A DNA stretch of 64,000 bases from contig CBDCTZ010000011.1 of assembly GCA_965222375.1 (NCBI GenBank), positions 256,001-320,000 on the forward strand, written 5' to 3'. How positions within the stretch are numbered: the stretch's first letter is position 1; the number at the start of each line of letters is the position of its first letter. This document shows positions 9,790 through 20,041 of the stretch, one piece after another. The notes under the pieces are model-generated. The model saw only the letters and a program-made list of their open reading frames with translations, was not told where the DNA came from and searched no databases. Source of the DNA: Polyangiaceae bacterium (GTDB lineage Bacteria; Myxococcota_A; Polyangia; Polyangiales; Polyangiaceae). The position numbers and the translations under genes are program-made.

Positions 9790-10497
9790 TCAGTCCAAGC
9801 CGAGGGCTGCGAGCTGCTCTTGGGCTAGACGTGCCCAGCCTTGGTTGGCCTTGGGGCTTGCAGGGCTGGGGTGGAGCACGCTCGCGATCTTCACATCGAA
9901 TTGTCCGAGGGCAGCGCTGGCGCGCTTCTCCGCGAAAGCGCCGACTCCGATCACCCACTGCGGCGAGAGCTCCTCGACGGTCCGCTGTAGAGCCAAGTCG
10001 CAAGCTGCGTACAGAGCAGAGCGCTCTGACGGCGCGAGCTTGTCAGGCGTGCGGTTCTTGCCGCTTGCCTCCATGAATACCAAAGGGCAGTAGTTGGCAA
10101 TGAAGTGGTGTTCGAAGAAGCGCTCGGGCGTCTTGAAACTGTCCTTCACGAAGCCCCACAGCCGCGCGCCGCTGACTTCCGAACGCGGACACTCGAAGCC
10201 CTGAATCGGGCGTTTCGGGTGCTCGACGGTTGGCTTTTGTACTTTGCCGCTGATCATCAAGAAGTCGCGCACCAGGCCGACTTCGCCGAAGGGCACGCCG
10301 GTTTGCGCCATGCCAAAGGGACCCGGATTCATCCCCAGGAACACGACTCGTTTTGGAGCTGTGCCCCATTTGGATAGATAGTCGTTGTGGGGCTGGCGCG
10401 CGTAGGACAGCGGGTTGTAGACGTGAGTTACCGGTAGCGCGAAGCGCATAGCGTCGACCGATTTGCTCAATTCTGCGCTGATTCGTCGGAGTTTCAC
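9790..10497 (-). CDS. SMUG1-type (family 3) uracil-DNA glycosylase
   Basis: VYNPL.YA, GMNPGPFGMAQTGVPFG, SEVSG.RLW, NYCPL, GKNRTPD, HPSPASP. Confidence 0.93.
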   Translation of the reverse strand: MKLRRISAELSKSVDAMRFALPVTHVYNPLSYARQPHNDYLSKWGTAPKRVVFLGMNPGPFGMAQTGVPFGEVGLVRDFLMISGKVQKPTVEHPKRPIQGFECPRSEVSGARLWGFVKDSFKTPERFFEHHFIANYCPLVFMEASGKNRTPDKLAPSERSALYAACDLALQRTVEELSPQWVIGVGAFAEKRASAALGQFDVKIASVLHPSPASPKANQGWARLAQEQLAALGLD

Positions 10498-10575
10498 GGC
10501 CTGGCGGAGCCTACCTCAGCCCCGGTTGTTCTGGCAGGCTGACCGCACTTCGAGTCGTGGAAAAGGGCGTTATGC

Positions 10576-13500
10576 TTGCTCTGGATGCAGCGCACGGCAC
10601 GAGCAACGGACGACACACGCGTGACCGAGGCGCAGACCGTCGCGGAGTCCAGGTCCCGGGCGGTTCATGACCGTGCGCTGCCGGCCTACGAAGTGGGAGA
10701 CATCCTCGCGGATCGCTATCGGGTCGTGGGCCTGCTGGGGCAGGGTGGATTTGGCGAAGTCTACGAGGTCCGAGACTCGACCCAGGGGGACCGCCCCCTG
10801 GCGTTGAAGGTCGCGAGGTTGGAAACGGCCGATTCGAGAGCGCTGAACGCGCTGCGCAGTGAGTTCGCTCTGCTCGCGACGCTGACTCACCCAAACCTCG
10901 CGGAGGTCTTCGACTTCGGCCACCTGGCAGACGACATCGCGTTCTTCACCCAGCAGCTGGTCTCCGGCAAACCCCTCGGTACCATCGCGCTGCGATCCGA
11001 CAACTTGGAGCACTTCCCCCTGTGGGCGCAGCTGTGCCACGCCCTCGACTATCTCCACGCCCGAGGCATCCTCCACGGGGACATCAAACCGTCGAACATC
11101 ATCGTGGACGAAGATGAGGGGCGCCTGACGCTCCTCGATTTCGGGATCTCTCGTGCCTTTGGTGGGCGCAGTGGCCGCGAAATGGTCGGCACCTTTTCTT
11201 ACATGTCGCCCGAGGCGATCACAGGCGCGCCCGTGGATGCTCGCGGTGACTTGTACTCCCTCGGCATTACCCTGTACCGCTTGGCGACGGGGCGGCTGCC
11301 CTTTCGCGGTACTTCCACGCAGGTCCTCACTTCCCACCTGACCCAACCGTTGCCGCCCTTGCCGGCAGGTTCCGTGAGCGAAGAGGTTGCGAAAGTGATC
11401 GTCCGCCTCACCAGCAAGGAGCCGGGCGCCCGCTACGCCTCGGCCAACGAGGCGTTGTCGGCCTTGGCACGCGCCACGGGCGCAGAGCTGCCTCCAGAGC
11501 CGACGGAGAGTCTGAGCGGATACCTGCTGTCCGGCAAGCTCGTGGGGCAGCAGGCGTGTCAGGAGCAGCTGCGCGCTCACGTTGCTCAGCCGGCCCGTGG
11601 TCAGACGGCAATCCTCGTCGGGGATTCCGGTACGGGCAAGTCACGCTTGCTTCGGGAAGCGCGTCAGCATGCGCAGTTGAGCCGTCGAGTCTGGATTGGG
11701 GTCAGCGCCAATGCCCGCTGGGCGCAGAAGTCTCTAGTGCCGGATATCGCTCGCGCGGCTTTGAACCAGGATGTGATCGATCGGCTGCCCGAAGATGTTC
11801 GAGTGGAGTTGAGCCGCGCGCTGCCCGAGCTGCGTCTTCCACGTCAGCAATTGGGGGTTCCGCTGGATCCCGAGCGGGCGAGGCGGGATCGCGTACGAGC
11901 CCTGGCCCGCGGGATCCAACTTCGCTTCGAGGCTGCGCCGGGCGTGATCGCGGTCGAAGACCTTCACCGCGTGGACGCCTCGGTGCTGGAGCTGTTGGAG
12001 CTGTTGGTCAGGGAGTGCCAATCCCTGGGCGTCCAGTGCACCTTCGTCTTGACCACGCGCCCTGGCGAGGTGGAAAAGTGGAGTCGGTCTCTCGACGCGA
12101 TGCGTTTGCAGGTGGGCCGCCTCGACTGGGCCTCCACCCGAAGCTTGCTGGATTCGATGTTCGGCAGCGCAGAGTTGGTAGCCGGCACGCAGCTTGGTGA
12201 GTCCTTCGAGCGCGAGCCGCATACGGCTCAGAGTGTGCAGGAGTCTCTGCGCCTTGCCTTGGAAGAGGGCGGTATCGTGCGTTCGGGTGGCAGTTTCGTG
12301 GTGCGGGGCCCTCTGCCCGCGCTGGGCCTTTCGGAGGTCCTGTCTCGACGTGCTCGTCGGCGCTCCGCGATGGAGCGTCGGGTGGGTTTGGCTCTGGCGC
12401 TGCTAGCGGGGGAGCGCACAGCCGCCGAGCTGCAACAGGTATCCGGTGGCAAGCGAGAAGCGACGGTGGTCGCGTTGCGTGCTTTGGTTCGCGCCGGTCT
12501 GGTCGAGGAGCGCTTCGATCCTCGGGTTCGTGCGGCCTACACCATGCACGACCGACATCGAGAAGCATGGGCGGCGGCGTCCTCGGCATCTGCGACGCGC
12601 GCCATGCATCGACGCGCTGGACGCATGCTCGCGAAGTCGGCCCGTGAAGACTGGCGCGTGTTGTTCGAGGCCGCCGAGCATTTCGCCGCTGGGGAGCAAG
12701 TCCCGCGGGCCCTTGCGGTACTGGAGCGGGCTGCAGACAAGGCCCAGCGAGCTGGTCGACCGGACCAAGCGGTCTTGGCTCTGATGCGGTCTCACGAGTT
12801 GCGCGCACCCGAGGCCACGGAGCTGCTGCGCCTCTTCGACCTGTGCCGCACCGCGGGTATGCGCGCCGAAATGGAAAGCGTTCTCGCGCGGCTACGGGCG
12901 CTGGGCGACTCGACAACCCGTGCCGCGGCTGTCCTCCGACAGGCACGCCTGTTCGTGGATGCGGGCGCCGCGGATCAGGCACGCGAGGCCCTTGCGAAAG
13001 CGAATGCGGCCTGTGTGGGTCAGCGCTCGGCGCTGGAAACGGCCGAGTTTGAGCTCGAGACGGCTCGGGTCGAAGACGAGTTTGGCGAGCTGTCGGCTGG
13101 TCGTTGCCACTACGAGGCTGCAGGGGAAGCCGCGCGCCAAGCCAAGTCCCGAGGAACGGAAGCCCAGGCTTGGCTCGGCGCTTCTTTGATAGCCCTCAGG
13201 GCGGGGGACACTGCCGCCTGCGGCGAATTTGCTACTCGTGCCCTCGGGGCCGCGCGGGAAGCGAAGCAGCCGGTGCTCGTTTCCGATGCCTTGCGCAACA
13301 TGGGTAACGCAGCGAGGGAGACCGGCGCCGCTCGGCGCGCCTTGGCGCTGTATCGTCGAGCGGTCGCAGCTGCGCGGGGAGCGGGCAGCCCCGAGGCCGA
13401 AGCGAAAGCGCTCAACAACCTCGGAACGGTCTGCCAATGGTTGGGCCTGTTGCCGGAAGCGGTCTCGAGCATGGAGCGCTCGCTCGAACTCAAGGAACGC

Positions 13501-14238
13501 TTGGGGCTCTCGGCTTCCGCACTGCTGACCCTTAACAACCTCGGCGGCTGTTTCATCGCGATCGGTCGGCTGGATGACGCCGAAGCCCAGCTCACTCGGG
13601 TGGCCCAAGCGGCCGGGGCCAAACAGCCCGTCGTGGTGGCTTTGGCCAAGTCAAACCTCGGGGATCTCTTCGTGCTGCGCGGTGAAATCAAGCGCGCTCT
13701 CGGCTGCTACCGCGAGGCTCATGACGACAACCGGCAGCGGGGGATCGCGGTGCAGGATTCCCACGCCATCTCCGGCATCATCCGCTGTCTTTTGCTTCGG
13801 GATGCGGAGGGGGACCTCGCCGAAGCGCAGCAGCTATTGCAGCGCTTCGGCGCCTTGTCCGGAGTCGACGACCTCGCTGAGGCCCGACGCCGCTATGCAA
13901 CCACGGAGGCCGCCGTTCTCGATCGCGCCGGTGACCCGAAAGCTGCGCTGGCGTCGGCTCGACGAGCTCGCAAAAACCTGGTCGACGCGCTGCAATGGGC
14001 AGACGTGTTCGGCACGCATTTGGAGGCGCTCTGGCTGGAGGCTATCTTGCTGCAGCGACTAGGCAGGTCATCTGCGGCCACCAAGGCGGTATCTCGGGCA
14101 CAGGCGCTGTTGCGCAAGCTGTCCACTTGCTTGCCGTCGGAGGAACGCCAGCGCTTCGAAACCTTTCACCCGCTGCACGAGGCGATCCGTTCGGCGAGCC
14201 TCGATGTCGCCCCCGGGCGCTCTTGGCCCGCGACCTGA
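10576..14238 (+). CDS. Ser/Thr protein kinase + P-loop ATPase + TPR repeat protein
   Basis: GQGGFGEVY, ALK, HGDIKPSN, DFG, YMSPE; Walker A GDSGTGKS, Walker B IAVEDLH; TPR-like ALNNLG repeats. True start may be ATG 10585. Confidence 0.9.
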   Translation: MLWMQRTARATDDTRVTEAQTVAESRSRAVHDRALPAYEVGDILADRYRVVGLLGQGGFGEVYEVRDSTQGDRPLALKVARLETADSRALNALRSEFALLATLTHPNLAEVFDFGHLADDIAFFTQQLVSGKPLGTIALRSDNLEHFPLWAQLCHALDYLHARGILHGDIKPSNIIVDEDEGRLTLLDFGISRAFGGRSGREMVGTFSYMSPEAITGAPVDARGDLYSLGITLYRLATGRLPFRGTSTQVLTSHLTQPLPPLPAGSVSEEVAKVIVRLTSKEPGARYASANEALSALARATGAELPPEPTESLSGYLLSGKLVGQQACQEQLRAHVAQPARGQTAILVGDSGTGKSRLLREARQHAQLSRRVWIGVSANARWAQKSLVPDIARAALNQDVIDRLPEDVRVELSRALPELRLPRQQLGVPLDPERARRDRVRALARGIQLRFEAAPGVIAVEDLHRVDASVLELLELLVRECQSLGVQCTFVLTTRPGEVEKWSRSLDAMRLQVGRLDWASTRSLLDSMFGSAELVAGTQLGESFEREPHTAQSVQESLRLALEEGGIVRSGGSFVVRGPLPALGLSEVLSRRARRRSAMERRVGLALALLAGERTAAELQQVSGGKREATVVALRALVRAGLVEERFDPRVRAAYTMHDRHREAWAAASSASATRAMHRRAGRMLAKSAREDWRVLFEAAEHFAAGEQVPRALAVLERAADKAQRAGRPDQAVLALMRSHELRAPEATELLRLFDLCRTAGMRAEMESVLARLRALGDSTTRAAAVLRQARLFVDAGAADQAREALAKANAACVGQRSALETAEFELETARVEDEFGELSAGRCHYEAAGEAARQAKSRGTEAQAWLGASLIALRAGDTAACGEFATRALGAAREAKQPVLVSDALRNMGNAARETGAARRALALYRRAVAAARGAGSPEAEAKALNNLGTVCQWLGLLPEAVSSMERSLELKERLGLSASALLTLNNLGGCFIAIGRLDDAEAQLTRVAQAAGAKQPVVVALAKSNLGDLFVLRGEIKRALGCYREAHDDNRQRGIAVQDSHAISGIIRCLLLRDAEGDLAEAQQLLQRFGALSGVDDLAEARRRYATTEAAVLDRAGDPKAALASARRARKNLVDALQWADVFGTHLEALWLEAILLQRLGRSSAATKAVSRAQALLRKLSTCLPSEERQRFETFHPLHEAIRSASLDVAPGRSWPAT

Positions 14239-14239
14239 C

Positions 14240-15256
14240 TCAAGGGCTCGATTTGGGAGCGGCACACGCTTCCGCCACGCCCAGGCTACACGCACGCTTT
14301 CGCGCGCGCTCGGCCGCGCCACTCTCTTTGCGTTCGGCATGCCCCTTCGAAAGATCCCAGCAGGCGCGGCCTGCGCCGGCATCGCAGGCGCGGATCCAGA
14401 GCGAGAGGGCACGGTCCGCGTCCTTTGGTCCCCCTAGACCGGCCCAAAGCAGCCGACCAAGTCCCGCGCAGCCAAGGCTGTCGCCCTGATTGCAGCTCTG
14501 CTCGAACGCGCTGCGGGCTCGCTTGGCTTTCGCGGCATCTCGAGCTGAGTTTTCGAGCACGGTGCCCAGCATGGTGCACGCTTCTGCGAGGTTCGTGTTG
14601 CACGCCCGATCCAATAGCTGCACGGCGCGCTCCACATCTCGCGCGCCGCCGCTGCCTTCGTAGTAGAGCGTCGCCAGGTAGGCGCACGCGGGTGCGTGGT
14701 CCGCTTTGCAGCCCCGCTCCAGAAGCTTGCGCGCGTGGGGGAGCCGTTTGCCTTGACTTGCAAGCAGCACGCCCAGACTCGTACACGCGAGCTCCACGCC
14801 GCCGTCACAGCCACGTTCATAGAACCGAGCGGCCTGCTCGATGTTCTCGCTCACTCCTTCTCCACTTTGGAGCATGGCGCCGAGTTGCGCGCACGCGGTG
14901 GCCTGCCCACCCTCACACGCCTGTAGGTACAGAGCCGCGGCTCGGGTTGGGCCTGCGTTGTCGGTCTTGGTGAAGCGAACTCGATTGCCCAATTCCTCGC
15001 AGGCGGCCGCCTGCTGCTGCGCGCAACGTTCTTCGAGCTGGGGGACGGAATGTGACGTCAACTCGCTGTCCGATACCGCGGGTCGCTCAGCATCCGCCGG
15101 CTTGCCCGCGGGGCTAACCGACGGAGTGGGGCCGCCGCAAGCCGTGAGTACTAGGCCGGCGAGCAGTCTGTTCAGCTGCAGGTGCGTGTGTGCAGAGTTC
15201 ACAACGTCTAAATATTGAGTTGTTGCGCCCTCTGCAAGCAAGGCTCGTCCTTGCAC
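14240..15256 (-). CDS. Sel1-like repeat (Cys-rich HcpA-type) lipoprotein
   Basis: Repeats of the form A..LY..AC.GG...AC..LG; lipobox LVLTAC. True start is probably downstream of 15256. Confidence 0.85.
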   Translation of the reverse strand: MQGRALLAEGATTQYLDVVNSAHTHLQLNRLLAGLVLTACGGPTPSVSPAGKPADAERPAVSDSELTSHSVPQLEERCAQQQAAACEELGNRVRFTKTDNAGPTRAAALYLQACEGGQATACAQLGAMLQSGEGVSENIEQAARFYERGCDGGVELACTSLGVLLASQGKRLPHARKLLERGCKADHAPACAYLATLYYEGSGGARDVERAVQLLDRACNTNLAEACTMLGTVLENSARDAAKAKRARSAFEQSCNQGDSLGCAGLGRLLWAGLGGPKDADRALSLWIRACDAGAGRACWDLSKGHAERKESGAAERARKRACSLGVAEACAAPKSSP

Positions 15257-15296
15257 AGCCGAGCCAGCCGCGGGAAGATGGATCAGAGGTTCTCAA

Positions 15297-16814
15297 ATGC
15301 GCACACTTCTCCTTCGCGGCGCGTCCGCGAGCTTGATTGTTGCTGGCGCCATTGCCAGTGCATGCTCCAGTTCGGATACAGCGGACAGCCCAGGGTCCGG
15401 TGGTAGCAGTGGCGCCGACGCTAGCGCGGGTGCCGCAGGCGCGGCGGGTAGCGGTGGCGGGTCAGCGACCGGGGGCACTGCTGGCGCTGGCGGAAGCGGT
15501 GGGGCGAGTTCTGGCGGCGCCAGTGGCTCATCCGGCGCCGGCGGTTCTGGCGGCTCCGTTTCGGACGCGTCCGTGGACATCAACCTCGACGTCACCTTCA
15601 ACTACGACGCACCCACCCAGGACGGGTTCAACTCCGACGCCGCCTGCGCCAAGACCGTCGTCAATGCGGAGCCAACGCCGTTGGACATGGCGATCATGCT
15701 CGACAAGTCGGGCTCCATGTTGGACGCCACGCAGGCCGGCCCCACGAAGTGGAACGCGGTCAAACAGGCCCTCACCGGATTCCTCAACAACTCGGGTTCG
15801 GCAGGGCTCGGTGTTGGCATCCAGTACTTCCCCCTGACGAAGCCCGGTGTCCCCACGAGCTGCACCAACAACGCGCAGTGCGGCGCCGGCGCTCCCTGCA
15901 TGCTCAAGACCTGCGCCAACAGCACCTCGGTCAAGCCTTGCGCCGTCAACAAGGACTGCGGCAATGGCGCCCAGGCCCAGTGCGTCGATCTGGGGCAATG
16001 TCTGCTCAGTGGACAGCTCTGCGTGCCCGTGGGTGCCCTATGCGGGCTGACAGGTGGGCCCTGCGTCAAGATCACGACGAGCCGATGTTTCAACGCGACC
16101 ACATGTAGCGCCGCCGACTACGCGAAACCCGCTGTGGGCATCGCGACCTTGCCCGGCAACGCGACGGCGATCATCAACTCGATCAACGCTCAGACCCCGG
16201 CTGGCCTCACGCCGACGGGACCGGCCCTGCAAGGTGCCGTGAACTACGCCAAGAGCTACGCGACGGCGAATCCGACTCACACGGTCGTGACCGTGCTGGC
16301 CACGGATGGCCTGCCCACCGAGTGCACGCCCCTGGATATCCCTTCGATTGCCGCCATCGCGTCGGCGGGCGCGGCTGGGACCCCCAGCGTAAAGACCTTC
16401 GTCATCGGGGTGTTTGCCCAGGGCGACATCGGAGCGAAACAAAACGTCGATGCCATCGCCAAGGCGGGGGGAACGAACGCAGCATTCATCGTCGATCCGG
16501 CGCAAAACGTGACCGCCCAGTTCCTCGCAGCCCTGGCGCAGATCCAAGGCAAGAGCGTGGGCTGCGAGTTCAAGATGCCGAAACCCAGTCAGGGCGTGGT
16601 CGACCCGACCAAGGTCGAACTGAGCGTCACCCTGGCGAGCGGTACCACGATCATCAACCGCGTCACGAATGCGGCCCAGTGCTCGGGCGCGGGCTGGTAC
16701 TACGACAATAACGCCGCGCCCACGAAGATCACTCTGTGCCCGGCGAGCTGCACTCAGGTCAAAGCTGACGCCAACCCCAAGATCGACATATCCCTGGGTT
16801 GCCTGGGTTCCTGA
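15297..16814 (+). CDS. VWA-domain lipoprotein with Gly/Ser linker and Cys-rich insertion (myxobacterial type)
   Basis: Lipobox ASAC; MIDAS elements MLDKSGSM, TPTGPAL, LATDGLP, TFVIG; C-terminal GWYYDN...LCP.SC. Confidence 0.85.
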   Translation: MRTLLLRGASASLIVAGAIASACSSSDTADSPGSGGSSGADASAGAAGAAGSGGGSATGGTAGAGGSGGASSGGASGSSGAGGSGGSVSDASVDINLDVTFNYDAPTQDGFNSDAACAKTVVNAEPTPLDMAIMLDKSGSMLDATQAGPTKWNAVKQALTGFLNNSGSAGLGVGIQYFPLTKPGVPTSCTNNAQCGAGAPCMLKTCANSTSVKPCAVNKDCGNGAQAQCVDLGQCLLSGQLCVPVGALCGLTGGPCVKITTSRCFNATTCSAADYAKPAVGIATLPGNATAIINSINAQTPAGLTPTGPALQGAVNYAKSYATANPTHTVVTVLATDGLPTECTPLDIPSIAAIASAGAAGTPSVKTFVIGVFAQGDIGAKQNVDAIAKAGGTNAAFIVDPAQNVTAQFLAALAQIQGKSVGCEFKMPKPSQGVVDPTKVELSVTLASGTTIINRVTNAAQCSGAGWYYDNNAAPTKITLCPASCTQVKADANPKIDISLGCLGS

Positions 16815-16833
16815 GCCGCGCGCCGCGCGCCAT

Positions 16834-17877
16834 TCACCAGTCGACGATCGCCGAACCCCAGGTGAAGCCGGAACCGAAGGCGACCATGGCGACCTTCATG
16901 CCACGCTTCAAGGTGCCGTTGCGCTCGGCCTCTTCGAGGAGCAGCGGAATCGTCGCGGCGGTGGTGTTGCCGTAGCGCTCGATGTTGCTGGGTACCTTCT
17001 CCGGAGGCAGGCCGATCATGTTGGCGATGTACTCGTTGATACGCAGGTTCGCCTGGTGAAAGAAGAACAGATCGATGTCGTCTTTGGTCAGATCGTGCTT
17101 GGCGCAGGTCTGCATCAACGTTTGGACCATGCGGGTCACCGCGTGCTTGAAGACGACCTTGCCTTCCATATAGGGCCACAACATGTCGACGGAGATCTGG
17201 CCCTTTCCGTCGTCGCCAACGGGGAAGTACGGCGCTTTGCTGATGTCCCACACCTTGAGGCATAGATTGTCGGCGTAGCGCCCGTCGGCGCCGAGATCCC
17301 AGCCACGAACGCCGCGGTCCTCGTCGGTGGGGCTCACCACGACTGCTCCCGCGCCGTCGCCGAAGAGCGTGGAGACAGTGCGGCCACGGGTCGTCAGGTC
17401 GATGGCATGGGAATGCACTTCCGAGCCGACGACCAGCACGTGTTTGACCTGGCCGCTCTGAACCATGCTGGATGCGGTGGCCAAGCCGTACACGAAGCCA
17501 CTGCACTGGTTTCGAATGTCCAAGCAGGGTACGAACTTGGCGCCGTCGCCCTCGGGCAACCCGAGCTTGCGCTGCAGGTAGACGCCCGTACCCGGAAAGT
17601 GGTGATCCGGGGACAGCGTCGCGAAGATGATCATGTCGACATCGGTCTTGTCGATGCCGGCATTCTTGATTGCTGCTTCACAAGCGGGTACGGCCAGGTC
17701 ACTGGTGTAGACGCCTTCTTCCACGAAGCGACGCTCCTTGATGCCAGTGCGTTTGACGATCCACTCGTCGCTGGTGTCGATGCCGTACGTGGTTGCCAAG
17801 TCTTCGTTGGTCACAACTTTCGGCGGTACATAGGCGCCGGTCCCTGAAATGTAAGCGTTCGCCACTTCGAGCTCCAA
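16834..17877 (-). CDS. fabH: 3-oxoacyl-ACP synthase III (FabH family)
   Basis: DTSDEWI..RTGI.ER, NQCSGF (catalytic Cys), FGDGAGA, HQANLRI, YGNTTAA, FGSGFTWG. Confidence 0.93.
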   Translation of the reverse strand: MELEVANAYISGTGAYVPPKVVTNEDLATTYGIDTSDEWIVKRTGIKERRFVEEGVYTSDLAVPACEAAIKNAGIDKTDVDMIIFATLSPDHHFPGTGVYLQRKLGLPEGDGAKFVPCLDIRNQCSGFVYGLATASSMVQSGQVKHVLVVGSEVHSHAIDLTTRGRTVSTLFGDGAGAVVVSPTDEDRGVRGWDLGADGRYADNLCLKVWDISKAPYFPVGDDGKGQISVDMLWPYMEGKVVFKHAVTRMVQTLMQTCAKHDLTKDDIDLFFFHQANLRINEYIANMIGLPPEKVPSNIERYGNTTAATIPLLLEEAERNGTLKRGMKVAMVAFGSGFTWGSAIVDW

Positions 17878-17977
17878 TCCGCCCCACCCCGCTCCCGTGG
17901 GAGCGGGCGAGCATACGGCGCGCTGTCTACGCCTCCACAGCGCGAGGTGTCAACGAACGGACGGGATCGTGACAGAC

Positions 17978-18046
17978 TTGTTCAACCAGTGCTGCAACGG
18001 GCTGGAGCTAGCGTGGAGTTGTTCAACCAGTTCGGGTTGTTCGAGT
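17978..18046. promoter_or_regulatory. Direct repeat TTGTTCAACCAGT x2 (41-bp period) plus a partial third copy; candidate regulator binding sites
   Basis: Exact 13-mers at 17978-17990 and 18019-18031, and TTGTTC at 18037, in the divergent fabH / GH73 intergenic region. Confidence 0.45.
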
Positions 18047-18252
18047 GCGGCTGAGCCGGAGGCACGCATTGCCTGCAAGCACGAACGACGCGGGACCGCG
18101 CACGCCGCGCAACCGTGAAGGCAAGCCGCGGTTTGAGATGGTTCGGAGCGCGGCTGCCGGGACGCGCGAGACGCGTAACAAGGGGCGGCTCGGCTCGGGA
18201 CGCGCAGGACAATCGAAGGCAGCCTCGCGGACTTATGTAACCGGGCGATGGG

Positions 18253-19986
18253 GTGCCCTGGGCGCCTCCATTGTTGGCCCAAAAGTCCCGCGCGCGTTCC
18301 AATTTCGCAGATCCCGTGCGCCTCCGATCCGTCCGCCTCCCGTCCTCTAGCCGTCGCCGCCGATTCTTCGGTTCGTTGCGCCTGTATGTGGTGGATTTCG
18401 GCCCTGGAATTGCTGCGTGCGCGGTCACCGCGCTCTTGATTGCCTACGGTTGTAGCACGCAGCGCCAAGCGAAAGCGGCGACCCGAACGACGAAGGCGGA
18501 GCTGAAGCAACCCGAGACGGCCCTGCCGCCCTCAATCTTCTCCAACGACATGCGCGTTCCGGAGATGCACCGCCTGCGACGCGCAGTGCGTATTACGTCG
18601 AGTGCGGATACTCGACTTGCCGAGCTGGCGAAGAAGGACGAGCAGTCGGCGGAGCCGCCGCGGGAGCCCTGGGTGATCGACCAGCTCCAGCGTGAAGCGG
18701 AGCAGAAACGCCAGGCTGAATTGGCGGAGGCGGAACGCAAGCGAATCGAGGCCGAACAGGCCGCAGAGCGAAAACGCCAGGCGGCCGTGAAAGAGGCGAA
18801 ACGCCAGCGCGATCTCGCCCAGAAGCAAGCCGCCCACATGCGCGCCCTAGAGGAAGAGCATGTGCGTGCTCTTCGAGTCGCTGAAGTAGAGGCTGAGCGC
18901 AAACGTAAGCTGGCTGCGGCCGAGGCCGAGCGGGTCCGAAAAGCAGCGCTGGCGCAAGCGACGAAGAGGCCGCCGCCAGCTCAGCCCAAGCAGAGCACCA
19001 AAGCTCCGTCGCCCCAGCGCTCTGCTCCCACGAAGGCGCTCGCCCAGCCTGCGCCCGCGAAGCCCGCGGTGAAAAAGGACGTCGCAAAGCCGCGCCCTGA
19101 GGTAGCGAAGGTCGTTGCTGCACCGCGCCCGAAGGTTGCACCGCCCCCACCGCGCCCGAAGGTTGCGCCGCCCCCACCGCGCCCGAAGGTTGCACCGCCC
19201 CCACCGCGCCCGAAGGTTGCGCCGCCCCCGAAGGTTGCACTGCCTCCACCGCCACCGAAGAAGCGCGAGCCTATCGTCGTCGCAGAAACGACCATCGAGG
19301 CCGCACCCCCCAAGCCTGCAGTTCCACCGCCCCCGAAGGTTGCACCTCCATCGCCGTCGAAACCCGTCAAGAAGGTGGAGCGTCCCAAAGCGCCGCCGGT
19401 CGCGAAGAAGGCACCACCACCGCCCAAGGTGGTCGCCAAACCCAAGCCTCGTGCGCCCCGACCAGCGAAGCGAGTGGACCGCAAGCGCCGGCCCACACCC
19501 ATGTCGGCACAGGAGGCGACGAAGACTCTTGCTCTCGCCTTCGAGCGTGTCACCGGCGAAGAAGCCACCAAGGAAGCCGTCAGCGTCCTGTGGGCCCAAT
19601 GGGCTTTGGAGACAGGTCGGGGGCGCTGGATGGTTGACTACAACTACGCGGGCCTGAAGGGGCGAGCGCCGGACGGCGGCAGCGCACCCTGGTCCACTTG
19701 GGAAGAAACGGATGATGGTCCTCGCCGGGTGCGCAGTCGGTTCCGCGCCTACGAAAGCGCCGATCACGGGGCCTATGACTACGTCAAACTGCTCAGTCGA
19801 CGCTATCCCCGAGCCTTTGCGTCGGCGCGAATCGGTGACGCGCAGACGTTCATCGCGCGACTCGACAAGGGCGGCTTCTTCACCGAGCGCCCCGAACACT
19901 ACGTTCGATCCGTGATGAGCCTCGCGCGCGAGTTCCTGCGCAAACACGCCAAGCTACTGCTCGCCGCTGAACCCGTCGAAGAGTAG
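18253..19986 (+). CDS. Membrane-anchored protein with coiled-coil and Pro-rich stalk and a C-terminal GH73 (FlgJ/glucosaminidase-like) domain
   Basis: C-terminal AQWALETGRG...NYAGLKG...FRAYES..HGAYDYVKLL..RY...GGFFT matches the GH73 pattern. Start codon uncertain. Confidence 0.7.
   Translation: MPWAPPLLAQKSRARSNFADPVRLRSVRLPSSSRRRRFFGSLRLYVVDFGPGIAACAVTALLIAYGCSTQRQAKAATRTTKAELKQPETALPPSIFSNDMRVPEMHRLRRAVRITSSADTRLAELAKKDEQSAEPPREPWVIDQLQREAEQKRQAELAEAERKRIEAEQAAERKRQAAVKEAKRQRDLAQKQAAHMRALEEEHVRALRVAEVEAERKRKLAAAEAERVRKAALAQATKRPPPAQPKQSTKAPSPQRSAPTKALAQPAPAKPAVKKDVAKPRPEVAKVVAAPRPKVAPPPPRPKVAPPPPRPKVAPPPPRPKVAPPPKVALPPPPPKKREPIVVAETTIEAAPPKPAVPPPPKVAPPSPSKPVKKVERPKAPPVAKKAPPPPKVVAKPKPRAPRPAKRVDRKRRPTPMSAQEATKTLALAFERVTGEEATKEAVSVLWAQWALETGRGRWMVDYNYAGLKGRAPDGGSAPWSTWEETDDGPRRVRSRFRAYESADHGAYDYVKLLSRRYPRAFASARIGDAQTFIARLDKGGFFTERPEHYVRSVMSLAREFLRKHAKLLLAAEPVEE
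19121..19228 (+). repeat. 27-bp coding tandem repeat x4 (PRPKVAPPP)
   Basis: Units CACCGCGCCCGAAGGTTGCRCCGCCCC start at 19121, 19148, 19175 and 19202. Confidence 0.9.
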
Positions 19987-20041
19987 GGGAGCGACCAACC
20001 GCGAGCGCCACCCAGGTCAAGGTCGCAGCCTGGACCCTGGC

